DNA of 64,000 nt, from contig JAZQJA010000058.1 in assembly GCA_045541455.1 (NCBI GenBank), forward strand, positions 115 through 64,114, read 5' to 3'. Origin of the DNA: Eubacteriales bacterium (lineage in GTDB: Bacteria; Bacillota; Clostridia; Oscillospirales; QAKW01). Below are positions 1-7,703 of this stretch, piece by piece (position 1 is the first letter of the stretch; each line of letters starts with the position of its first letter). The position numbers were made by a program, and so were the translations under genes. The notes beneath the pieces were generated by a model. The model did not search any database. It was given only the letters and a program-made list of their open reading frames with translations, and was not told the DNA's origin.

Positions 1-64
1 CAGTCGGTAGAGCACTCGGCTGTTAACCGAGTTGTCGTTGGTTCGAGTCCAACAGGGGGAGCCA
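1..64 (+). tRNA. tRNA-Asn (anticodon GTT), 5' end truncated by the window edge
   Basis: Anticodon stem ctcgg/ccgag with loop ctGTTaa, T-arm ggttcgagtcc, and an encoded 3' ...ggagCCA end. Closely resembles Bacillus tRNA-Asn. Confidence 0.85.
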
Positions 65-70
65 GAAAAA

Positions 71-99
71 ACTCTTGTTCGAAAGAACAAGAGTTTTTT
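71..99 (+). terminator. Intrinsic terminator after tRNA-Asn
   Basis: 10-bp stem actcttgttc/gaacaagagt with a GAAA loop, followed by a T6 run. Confidence 0.75.
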
Positions 100-100
100 A

Positions 101-240
101 GTTATATTCGCCTTCGGCGAGTGATATTGCCTTTCGGGCAGTTAAGGGCGAATATAATATCACTTTTGCCAAAAACAAAAATATTACTATGCCGTAAGGC
201 ATAATATCACTCTGTGCCAAGCAGAGAATATCACTAATCC
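101..240. repeat. Iteron-like array of degenerate 20-24 bp tandem units (ATATT/ATATC core plus a small GC hairpin)
   Basis: AATATCACT at 156, 203 and 227. AATATTACT at 180. Inverted copy AGTGATATT at 120. Direct copies start 24, 23 and 24 bp apart. Two earlier 20-bp units, atattcgccttcggcgagtg and atattgcctttcgggcagtt, sit at 104-143. Confidence 0.55.
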
Positions 241-241
241 C

Positions 242-269
242 TTGCACTCCGTCGCTTTTATGCTATAAT
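242..269 (+). promoter_or_regulatory. Putative sigma-A promoter of the PHP gene
   Basis: TTGCAC (242-247), 16-nt spacer, TGcTATAAT extended -10 (261-269). Confidence 0.5.
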
Positions 270-289
270 ACACTCAAGGTGGTGATAAA

Positions 290-1087
290 ATGAAATATGT
301 TGTTGATAATGATTTGCACATACATTCACATATTTCTTTGTGTTCACGAGATTCGAAACAAACAAACGACAGGATTTTGCAATATGCTAAAGGTAATGGC
401 TTAAACACTATATGTTTAACTGATCATTTTTGGGATGAAACGGTTGATGGCGCATCGGAATGGTATTCTAAACAAGACTATGGACATATTGAGGCGGCAA
501 AACCGTTGCCACAGAGCGAAGGAATACGGTTTCTGTTTGGTTGTGAAACCGAACTGAATTCTTCATTAACTTTGGGAATGTCTAAGGAAAAATATGATTT
601 ATTTGACTTTATAATTATTCCTACCACGCATTTTCATATGAAAGGTTATACCTTATCTGAAGAAGAAGCATCAAACGCAGAAAATAGAGCAAAAGCCTGG
701 GTAAAACGTATTGCTGCGGTGCTTAATATGGAGTTGCCTTTTTCTAAAATTGGCATAGCACACTTAACTTGTGGTCTGATTGCGCCGACAAGAGAAGAAT
801 ATCTTGAAGTTTTAAGGTTAATACCCGAAGATGAAACGAGAAAGCTTTTTATCCGAGCAGCAAAGCTTGGAGTGGGAATAGAACTTAATTCATCGGATAT
901 GAGTTTTGCAGACAGTGAAGCAGACATTGTTTTGAGAGTTTATAAGATTGCCAAGGAATGTGGATGCAAATTTTATTTAGGCAGTGATGCACATCATCCA
1001 AAAGAACTCGATAATGCAAAGGCGATATTTGAAAGAGCAGTAGCGATACTTGAATTAACTGAGGATGATAAGTTTATATTAAAATAG
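290..1087 (+). CDS. PHP-domain metal-dependent phosphoesterase (histidinol-phosphatase-like family)
   Basis: N-terminal DLHIHSHIS plus LTDHF, and C-terminal GSDAHH. These are typical PHP His/Asp metal ligands. SD aaggtggtg precedes the ATG. Confidence 0.7.
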   Translation: MKYVVDNDLHIHSHISLCSRDSKQTNDRILQYAKGNGLNTICLTDHFWDETVDGASEWYSKQDYGHIEAAKPLPQSEGIRFLFGCETELNSSLTLGMSKEKYDLFDFIIIPTTHFHMKGYTLSEEEASNAENRAKAWVKRIAAVLNMELPFSKIGIAHLTCGLIAPTREEYLEVLRLIPEDETRKLFIRAAKLGVGIELNSSDMSFADSEADIVLRVYKIAKECGCKFYLGSDAHHPKELDNAKAIFERAVAILELTEDDKFILK

Positions 1088-1160
1088 CTTTTGTCAACAT
1101 ATATAATAAAAAAACTGGTTTTTAGATTAGTTCTTTTTTGGTCGGTAGACCCAAAATAAA

Positions 1161-1190
1161 AGACACACCACAGGGTGTGTCTTTTATTTT
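1161..1190. terminator. Bidirectional intrinsic terminator (PHP gene on + and the HTH-sda gene on -)
   Basis: Stem agacacacc/ggtgtgtct flanked by an A-run upstream and a T-run downstream. Confidence 0.65.
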
Positions 1191-1361
1191 TATCCAATCC
1201 GAAGGATTGGTGTTTCATCAGAACGTGAGCTTTGTATGCTTTTTCTTAAAATTGACTGAATATTTTTTCGTCAATAAAATTATTATAAATTAGTTTTAAA
1301 AAATAAATGCGTTATATTTAATGACTAGTTTTATATTTGCCGGCAACAGATTTGATTAAAA

Positions 1362-2798
1362 TTATTTGTTGAAAGCTATTTTTGCCAATCCTGCTTCGGA
1401 CGTTTCTTTATATAACGTTGATAAATCATAACCTGTTTCTTTCATTGTTTGTATAACGCTATCTAAAGATATTTTTCTAGTGCTCCACAAAAAGCTTGAT
1501 AAATTCACGGCATTTATTGCACGCATTGCGGCTACAGCATTTCTCTCAATACAAGGAATTTGAACTAATCCGCAAATCGGATCGCAGGTTAGACCTAAAT
1601 GATGTTCAATTGCAATTTCAGCTGCATACTCTATTTTATCAATGCTTAATTCAAATAGTTCAGCAAGCGCAGCTGCAGCCATGGCACATGCACTTCCTAT
1701 TTCTGCTTGGCAACCACATTCTGCACCTGAAATTGAAGCATTAGTTTTAATAAGATTACCTATTAAACCGGCTGTCATAAGAGCATGTATGATTTGATTA
1801 TCACTGAAATTATGCTTTTTTTGTTGATAATAGAGTACGGATGGCAATACGCCTGCAGCACCACATGTAGGCGCGGTAACTATTGTTTCACCGGAAGCAT
1901 TTTGTTCGCTTACTGCAAAGGCATAAGAACATACAATCCTGTTTTCTTTGGTTTCTGGAGTTTCATCTATATGTTGGCTATTATATAAAGTTTTTGCCTT
2001 TTTTTGCAATTGCAGACCGCCTGGCAAGATTCCTTCATCATGTAATCCTTTTTCAATTGAATTCTGCATAGCTTTCCATATATTACTTAAATATGGGATT
2101 ATTTCTTCATCTTCAACTTCTTTAACATATTCCCAAAGTCTTATTGATTTGCTTTTGCAATATTTTGCTATATCGCTAAATTTGTGGAGTTGATAAACAT
2201 TTTTAGGTTTTTCATAAATAGAATTTTCAAAAACTATACTTCCTCCTCCTATACTAAAGATTCGCGCTTTGTCAATTTCAACATCATTTTTATAAGCAAT
2301 CAACAGCATTGTATTAGGATGAGGAATGTTTTTCTCGTTAAATTCAAATTCAACGTTACATTCAATCGGTTGTAAAGTTTTCTTAATTACGGTATCAGTT
2401 CGGTGACCTTTTCCGGTTTTAGCTAAAGAACCATAAAGTATTGCTTTGAATTTATTGGCATCTTGATTTTTTTCTTTGAAAATTTTACAAGCTTTCTCAG
2501 GTCCAATAGTATGCGAACTGGATGGACCTCTGCCAATTTTATAAATTTCTATTATAGAGTTCATCCCATCTGGTTTAACCTTAGGAATATCATTGGTTTT
2601 ATTGCTGTAAAATAGGTCAATTGGTACATTAAAAATTTTGGATAAAGCAAATATGTGCTTTGCCGAAGGATTCGATAGACCTTTTTCCCATTTTGATATA
2701 GCTCTATTGCTTATACCCAAATTTTGCCCTAGTTCTATTTGCGACATCCCATTTTTTGTTCGCAAATCTTTTATTATAGTAGAAAAATCGTTTACCAT
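1362..2798 (-). CDS. sdaA: XRE-family HTH domain fused to single-chain iron-sulfur L-serine dehydratase
   Basis: Residues 1-65 are a classic HTH_3 domain (GMSQIELGQNLGISNRAISKWEKG). From Met79 the sequence reads MNSIIEIYKIGRGPSSSHTIGP, a canonical serine dehydratase N-terminus. The alpha-domain motif APTCGAAGVLP and further Cys ligands lie downstream. The ORF is continuous at 478 aa. Confidence 0.8.
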   Translation of the reverse strand: MVNDFSTIIKDLRTKNGMSQIELGQNLGISNRAISKWEKGLSNPSAKHIFALSKIFNVPIDLFYSNKTNDIPKVKPDGMNSIIEIYKIGRGPSSSHTIGPEKACKIFKEKNQDANKFKAILYGSLAKTGKGHRTDTVIKKTLQPIECNVEFEFNEKNIPHPNTMLLIAYKNDVEIDKARIFSIGGGSIVFENSIYEKPKNVYQLHKFSDIAKYCKSKSIRLWEYVKEVEDEEIIPYLSNIWKAMQNSIEKGLHDEGILPGGLQLQKKAKTLYNSQHIDETPETKENRIVCSYAFAVSEQNASGETIVTAPTCGAAGVLPSVLYYQQKKHNFSDNQIIHALMTAGLIGNLIKTNASISGAECGCQAEIGSACAMAAAALAELFELSIDKIEYAAEIAIEHHLGLTCDPICGLVQIPCIERNAVAAMRAINAVNLSSFLWSTRKISLDSVIQTMKETGYDLSTLYKETSEAGLAKIAFNK

Positions 2799-2881
2799 AT
2801 TTTCAACCTCTTTTTATACTGTAATTTCATTTTAACAAAATATATTTCAACTATAAAGTGAAATATAAAAAAATCAAAAAA

Positions 2882-2910
2882 ACATAAATCAACTATTAGT
2901 TGATTTATGT
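2882..2910. promoter_or_regulatory. Perfect 13-bp-arm palindrome ACATAAATCAACT-att-AGTTGATTTATGT (candidate operator or minus-strand attenuator hairpin)
   Basis: Exact inverted repeat read directly from the sequence. On the minus strand it is followed by TTTTTTGATTTTTTT. It lies 84 nt upstream of the HTH-sda start codon. Confidence 0.5.
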
Positions 2911-3107
2911 GCATGATATCAGTAATAGCAACATTTTTATCTGTGTTTTTTAAAGTTTGCTCTTGTTTGTTTAAGTTTGGTGTGATATGCTTTTAATGAT
3001 AAAAATCATAATAATATTATTTGTGATTTTAATTATTAAATCTTATTACACTTTAATTCTCACATTAATCTGTTTAATAAATAAGTCAAAAGGGAAGTGT
3101 ATAATAT

Positions 3108-4292
3108 TTGGATTGGATTATAAGTGAAACAAAAAAACTAGAAGATAAACTCATTTTTTTGAGACGCGAATTACATAAATGTCCTGAAATAGGTGGTGCA
3201 TTACCTAATACATTAGCAATTGTAAAAAAATATCTTGATGAAATTGGTATTTCTTATAAGATTAATAAAGACGACGATAGTTTGATAGCAGAAATTAAAG
3301 GTGTTAATAAAGGCAAAACAGTTGCTTTTAGAGCTGATATGGACGCATTACATATAACAGAAGATACTTTGTTACCTTTTTCATCTGAAATAGAAGGTCA
3401 GATGCACGGGTGCGGTCACGATGCACACACTGCTATTTTGTTAATTGCGGCTGAAATATTAAACAATCACAAAGACCTATTAAACGGTAGTGTTCGTTTA
3501 CTTTTTCAATCCGGCGAAGAAACTGGTACCGGCGCTAAGCAAATGCTTAAGTATGGTGCTTTAGATGGAGTGGACGCTATTTGTGCTTTACATGTTGGAA
3601 ATATAGTTGGTGATGATGCAAAAACAGGAGATGTTTTTGTTCTCTCTGGACCTGTCACTGCAGGAAAAGATAAATTTACTATAACTGTTAACGGAAAGGG
3701 AACGCACTCTGCATTTCCGGAAAAAGGTATAGATCCAATTTTAATAGCAGCACGAATTGTTAATGCTTGTGAAGAAATATCAGCACGAGAATTGCCTGCA
3801 GGAACAGCTGCGGTTTTGAGCTTTGGAAGTTTTAATGCAGGAATTGATCACAACACAATTCCCGATACTGCGATTATTAAAGGCAGTATACGTGTTCAAA
3901 ATGAGTCTATACGAAATTTTATGGGTAAGCGGTTGCGCGATATTGCTGAAAACATTTCATCAGCTTTTAATGCCACTTGTACTGTAGAAATAAAAAAAGG
4001 CTCAGCTACAGTTGTTAATGATAAAGTTATGAGTGATTTAGTAAAGACATCTGTAGAGGAGGTTCTTGGACAGGACATGGTTAAATCGCAATTTAGTTCT
4101 GCACTTATGGGTTCTGACGATTTTGCTAATTACTCTTCTATAATCCCGGGTGTATATTTCTTTTTATATACTAATAACGAAGAAAAAGGTATTACCGCAT
4201 CAAATCACAATTCTAAGTTTAATGTAGACGAAGATGTGTTATGGGAAGGTGTTGCGGCGTATACTGCTATTGCATTAAAATATTTATCATAG
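3108..4292 (+). CDS. M20-family amidohydrolase (aminoacylase / N-acyl-amino-acid deacylase type)
   Basis: LHKCPEIGG, FRADMDAL, HGCGHDAHTA and GEETGTGA motifs of the M20D peptidase family. The TTG start is taken from the ORF track and is uncertain. Confidence 0.75.
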   Translation: MDWIISETKKLEDKLIFLRRELHKCPEIGGALPNTLAIVKKYLDEIGISYKINKDDDSLIAEIKGVNKGKTVAFRADMDALHITEDTLLPFSSEIEGQMHGCGHDAHTAILLIAAEILNNHKDLLNGSVRLLFQSGEETGTGAKQMLKYGALDGVDAICALHVGNIVGDDAKTGDVFVLSGPVTAGKDKFTITVNGKGTHSAFPEKGIDPILIAARIVNACEEISARELPAGTAAVLSFGSFNAGIDHNTIPDTAIIKGSIRVQNESIRNFMGKRLRDIAENISSAFNATCTVEIKKGSATVVNDKVMSDLVKTSVEEVLGQDMVKSQFSSALMGSDDFANYSSIIPGVYFFLYTNNEEKGITASNHNSKFNVDEDVLWEGVAAYTAIALKYLS

Positions 4293-4303
4293 GAGAAAAT
4301 AAA

Positions 4304-5116
4304 ATGAATAATTTAAATGAAACAGCATCATTAGATACCTTATGTGGTGCATTATCATACGCTATGGATATAGATTCACCTGAAAAAAGCGCATCTGGTA
4401 ATGTTGATTTGAAGAAGTATGTTGACGATGTTTTAAAAGGCGAAAAAGTAGATAAAATTTTTATGTATAATCCGGATGCAATTGCACAGTGGTTGTACGA
4501 AAAATATCCTTATCTTTTTGAAGATGCAGAACCATTTGCAGAATTTAAATTGCCTCTTGTTTCAGTTATGCCATCGGTTACACCTGTGTGTTTTGGAACA
4601 ATGTATACCGGTGCTCAACCTTCGGTTCATGGCATACAAAAATATGAAAAGCCTGTTATACAAATTGACACTATCTTTGATGTACTTATCCGCGCAGGGA
4701 AAAAACCTGTGATAGTTTCTTATGGAAACAGCAGTCTTTCCAAAATTTACTTAGAAAGACAAATGGATTATTATTGTTTTGAAACATTGGATGAAGTTAA
4801 CGCTAAGGCGGCTGAATTAATATTGCGCAATGAACACGATTTTTATGTAATTTATAACGGAAATTATGACACTAAAATGCATAAAAACGGACCGGAAAGT
4901 ATTGCGGCTCTTTCTGAAATTCGTGCTAATTGCCGAACTTTTGCTATGTTTTCAAATATGATAAAAGAACATTGGAATAAATATAATACTTTAGTTGGAT
5001 TTGCAATGGACCATGGATGCCATGAAATTGATGATGGTTCCGGTTCCCATGGACTTGATATGGAAGAAGATTTAAAAATAACACATTTATATAAACTTTA
5101 TCCTAAAAATAAGTGA
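4304..5116 (+). CDS. Alkaline-phosphatase-superfamily protein (nucleotide pyrophosphatase/phosphodiesterase-like)
   Basis: Start moved to the ATG at 4304, which follows SD aggag. SVTPVCFGTMYTGAQPSVHGI is nucleophile-Thr-like. DHGCHEIDDGSGSHG resembles AP-superfamily metal ligands. Confidence 0.55.
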   Translation: MNNLNETASLDTLCGALSYAMDIDSPEKSASGNVDLKKYVDDVLKGEKVDKIFMYNPDAIAQWLYEKYPYLFEDAEPFAEFKLPLVSVMPSVTPVCFGTMYTGAQPSVHGIQKYEKPVIQIDTIFDVLIRAGKKPVIVSYGNSSLSKIYLERQMDYYCFETLDEVNAKAAELILRNEHDFYVIYNGNYDTKMHKNGPESIAALSEIRANCRTFAMFSNMIKEHWNKYNTLVGFAMDHGCHEIDDGSGSHGLDMEEDLKITHLYKLYPKNK

Positions 5117-5142
5117 GTTAATTTTAGGATTTGGAGGTTTTT

Positions 5143-7665
5143 ATGACAAAAAAAGAAATTATTGATTTAGTAAATAAAGTTCATTCGTTAAAAAAAGATG
5201 CAACTACAACATTGCCGGATAATTCTTATTTTTTGGATAAAGACACTATTTTATGTTATCCAAGACAGTACGGAGACTCACGCTATCCGTACTATTGTGG
5301 AGGTTTAATTATGTTTCCGCACTCAAGCGGTTATATTGACTGTAATATAGGTGCGATGAATGTATTTAAGAATTGCCAATTTACTGAGGATACCCCTGTG
5401 GCTTTTTTTGCGGGTGAGAAAACTGATGACGGTTATTTTCCGTATTCAATCACCGGTGCTGCAAGGCAACTTACTGAAAAAGGCGTTGAACGTTATTTGA
5501 TATATACTTCTGTATGTGCTTATTATATAACTGAAACCGAAAATGCAATTTATGCACTTCGACTATATATGGATAGAGATGCGCACATGCGTTTTTCTGC
5601 ATGTGTTATAAATCGAGGTGAATCCAGAACTGTTTATCTGTCTTCTATTTTTGAACCAATGCTCACCGATGCTCAGTTTGAGTCTTTTTTCTCACGTATG
5701 TCAAGATATGGATATCATTATGAAAATGGAAGCTATTTATTATGCAGAAGAGCAAAAGGCGGAATTTTTAATTGCTTGGCTTTTAACAAGAAGACAGAAG
5801 GAAAAGTTGTAGATGAGTATTTTACAACAAGTAAAAGTGATTTTCTGGGACTTAAGGGTGCCTGTATCACAAATGCTGTTTCACTTAAAAATGGTAAATT
5901 TGCAAAGCAACTTACTGCAACAAATACAACTGACCTTGCTATTGCATCTGATATTGTTTATTTTGAATTAGAAAAAGACGGTTATGTGTCGCTTAATTAT
6001 GATGTATTGTTTACAGAGGATAGAAATCAAGCGGAAAAATTTATTGGTAACGATATTGATTTAGCTGCTGAAGACGAATCGCTTAAAGCATACATACCAC
6101 AAGAAAAAGCTGCATTTGACAAAATGAAAATCACATTTAATGATTGGCATAATGATGGGCTTAATGCTGATGTGATTAATAAATTTTTAAGATGTGTTCA
6201 ACGCCAGGTAAGTTTATGCGCACTTGGTGATAATTACGCAGGACGTATGCTTGGTATACGAGATGTATTTCAGCAACTTGAAGCTTCTCTTATGTGGCAA
6301 AAAGATGAATCGCGAGCTCAGATAGTCCGTGTAATGAACTTTATTTTAGAAGATGGACGCCCTCCAAGACAAATTACTTTCCCGACAAAAGCAATTCCTA
6401 TTCCTGATATGGATCTGCGTCCGTTTATCGATCAAGGTTTTTGGATTATATCAACCATACATACTTATTTATCATATACTGATGATTTTTCAATTCTTGA
6501 TGAAGAATGTGGCTATTATAAAGCTTTGGCAACCCGAGGCCCGCTTGAAAACAGTAATCAGCGGGATTCAATACTTGAGCATTTAATAAGAATTGCGGAT
6601 TTTCTCGTTTCAAATGTTGATGAAAAGACAGGATGCATTCACGCTTTGTTTGGCGATTGGAATGATGCGCTTGATGCCCTTGGTAAAACAAGTGATCCAA
6701 ATAAAGAATATGGAGACGGAGTAAGCGTTATGGCAACGCTTCAACTGTATCTTGCTTTAGAACATATATGCGACATTTTAAAACATACCGGTAAATACAC
6801 CGAAAGAATTGCTGATTTCAAAGCAACAAGAGCTCGTGTTGAAAAAGGACTGCTTGAAAATGCCGTTCACACAAATGACAAAAACGTAAAACGCATAGTT
6901 CACGGTTGGGGTGAAAATCAATCGTATTTTGTTGGAAGTTACAACGACTTTGATGGGAAATCAAGACTTAGTCTTACAGCAAATTCGTTTTACGCTATTT
7001 CTAATCTGGTGAAAGCACACCCTGAATTTAAAGAAGATATTGTTAATAATTTGCTTTCTCTTGACTCGAAACACGGAATGATGACATTTTCACCTGAGTT
7101 TAAGTACTTCTCACCTGAGGTGGGCAGAATTTCAGGGATTACTAAAGGTACTGCAGAAAATGCATGTGCATATATTCATGCAAGTACATTTGCCATCATG
7201 GCACTGTTTCTTATGGGCCATTCAAAAGAGGCGTGGGAACAGTTACAAAAATCTATGGTAATAAGCCATGAAAACGTCACCCTCACAACATTTGTAATGC
7301 CTAACTCATATTGTTACAATGAAGAATTTTTCTTTGACGGTGATTCGATGGGAGACTGGTACACAGGAAGCGGTGCCGTACTAATTAAAGAATTAGTTAA
7401 AAACGGTTTTGGTATAATGCCCAATATGGACTCGGTGATTATTATGCCGCCGCGCTATATGCCGTGTAACAGTGCTAAGCTTTCTTTGGAAATTAAAGGT
7501 GCTGATGTTACCGTTGAGTATCATAACAAATTTATCGGAAAACGCGAAATTTACCTTAATGGAAAACCACTCGATTTATCGTTTGATGATATTACAGATA
7601 CATTTTTTGCAGTGCTTACCAAAGAAATGTTAGGTTGCAATGCAGAAATATCTATTGTTGATTAA
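5143..7665 (+). CDS. GH94-like (cellobiose/chitobiose phosphorylase-like) (alpha/alpha)6-barrel protein
   Basis: About 840 aa. GDWNDALDALG resembles the GH94 catalytic DWND region. Downstream CAYIHASTFAIMAL and GDWYTGSGAV resemble GH94 C-terminal blocks. The ATG at 5143 follows ggagg. Confidence 0.5.
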   Translation: MTKKEIIDLVNKVHSLKKDATTTLPDNSYFLDKDTILCYPRQYGDSRYPYYCGGLIMFPHSSGYIDCNIGAMNVFKNCQFTEDTPVAFFAGEKTDDGYFPYSITGAARQLTEKGVERYLIYTSVCAYYITETENAIYALRLYMDRDAHMRFSACVINRGESRTVYLSSIFEPMLTDAQFESFFSRMSRYGYHYENGSYLLCRRAKGGIFNCLAFNKKTEGKVVDEYFTTSKSDFLGLKGACITNAVSLKNGKFAKQLTATNTTDLAIASDIVYFELEKDGYVSLNYDVLFTEDRNQAEKFIGNDIDLAAEDESLKAYIPQEKAAFDKMKITFNDWHNDGLNADVINKFLRCVQRQVSLCALGDNYAGRMLGIRDVFQQLEASLMWQKDESRAQIVRVMNFILEDGRPPRQITFPTKAIPIPDMDLRPFIDQGFWIISTIHTYLSYTDDFSILDEECGYYKALATRGPLENSNQRDSILEHLIRIADFLVSNVDEKTGCIHALFGDWNDALDALGKTSDPNKEYGDGVSVMATLQLYLALEHICDILKHTGKYTERIADFKATRARVEKGLLENAVHTNDKNVKRIVHGWGENQSYFVGSYNDFDGKSRLSLTANSFYAISNLVKAHPEFKEDIVNNLLSLDSKHGMMTFSPEFKYFSPEVGRISGITKGTAENACAYIHASTFAIMALFLMGHSKEAWEQLQKSMVISHENVTLTTFVMPNSYCYNEEFFFDGDSMGDWYTGSGAVLIKELVKNGFGIMPNMDSVIIMPPRYMPCNSAKLSLEIKGADVTVEYHNKFIGKREIYLNGKPLDLSFDDITDTFFAVLTKEMLGCNAEISIVD

Positions 7666-7670
7666 TATAA

Positions 7671-7703
7671 AAAGGAAAGAACTTTTTGTTCTTTCCTTTT
7701 TAT
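7671..7703. terminator. Bidirectional terminator between the GH94-like gene and thrS
   Basis: Stem aggaaagaac/gttctttcct flanked by A- and T-runs. Confidence 0.7.

Noticed and set aside
1132-1212. Three consecutive hairpins downstream of the PHP gene, considered as a possible structured RNA
   Set aside because: The middle hairpin is a standard bidirectional terminator. The flanking ones are short (6-8 bp), and I recognise no conserved motif. They are most simply terminator-associated secondary structures.
2913-2993. 26-codon hydrophobic mini-ORF (MISVIATFLSVFFKVCSCLFKFGVICF) on the + strand, right after the palindrome
   Set aside because: No Shine-Dalgarno-like sequence lies upstream, and it sits in T-rich DNA where hydrophobic codons arise by composition. 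This contrasts with the 55530..55616 mini-ORF, which has a strong SD.
290-7665. Possible genomic island integrated next to tRNA-Asn (PHP gene, HTH-sda, and the M20/AP/GH94-like operon)
   Set aside because: The block has no integrase, recombinase or transposase. I could not find a direct repeat of the tRNA-Asn 3' end at the distal boundary near thrS. Its base composition is not visibly different from the flanks. I treat it as an accessory metabolic block and not as a mobile element.
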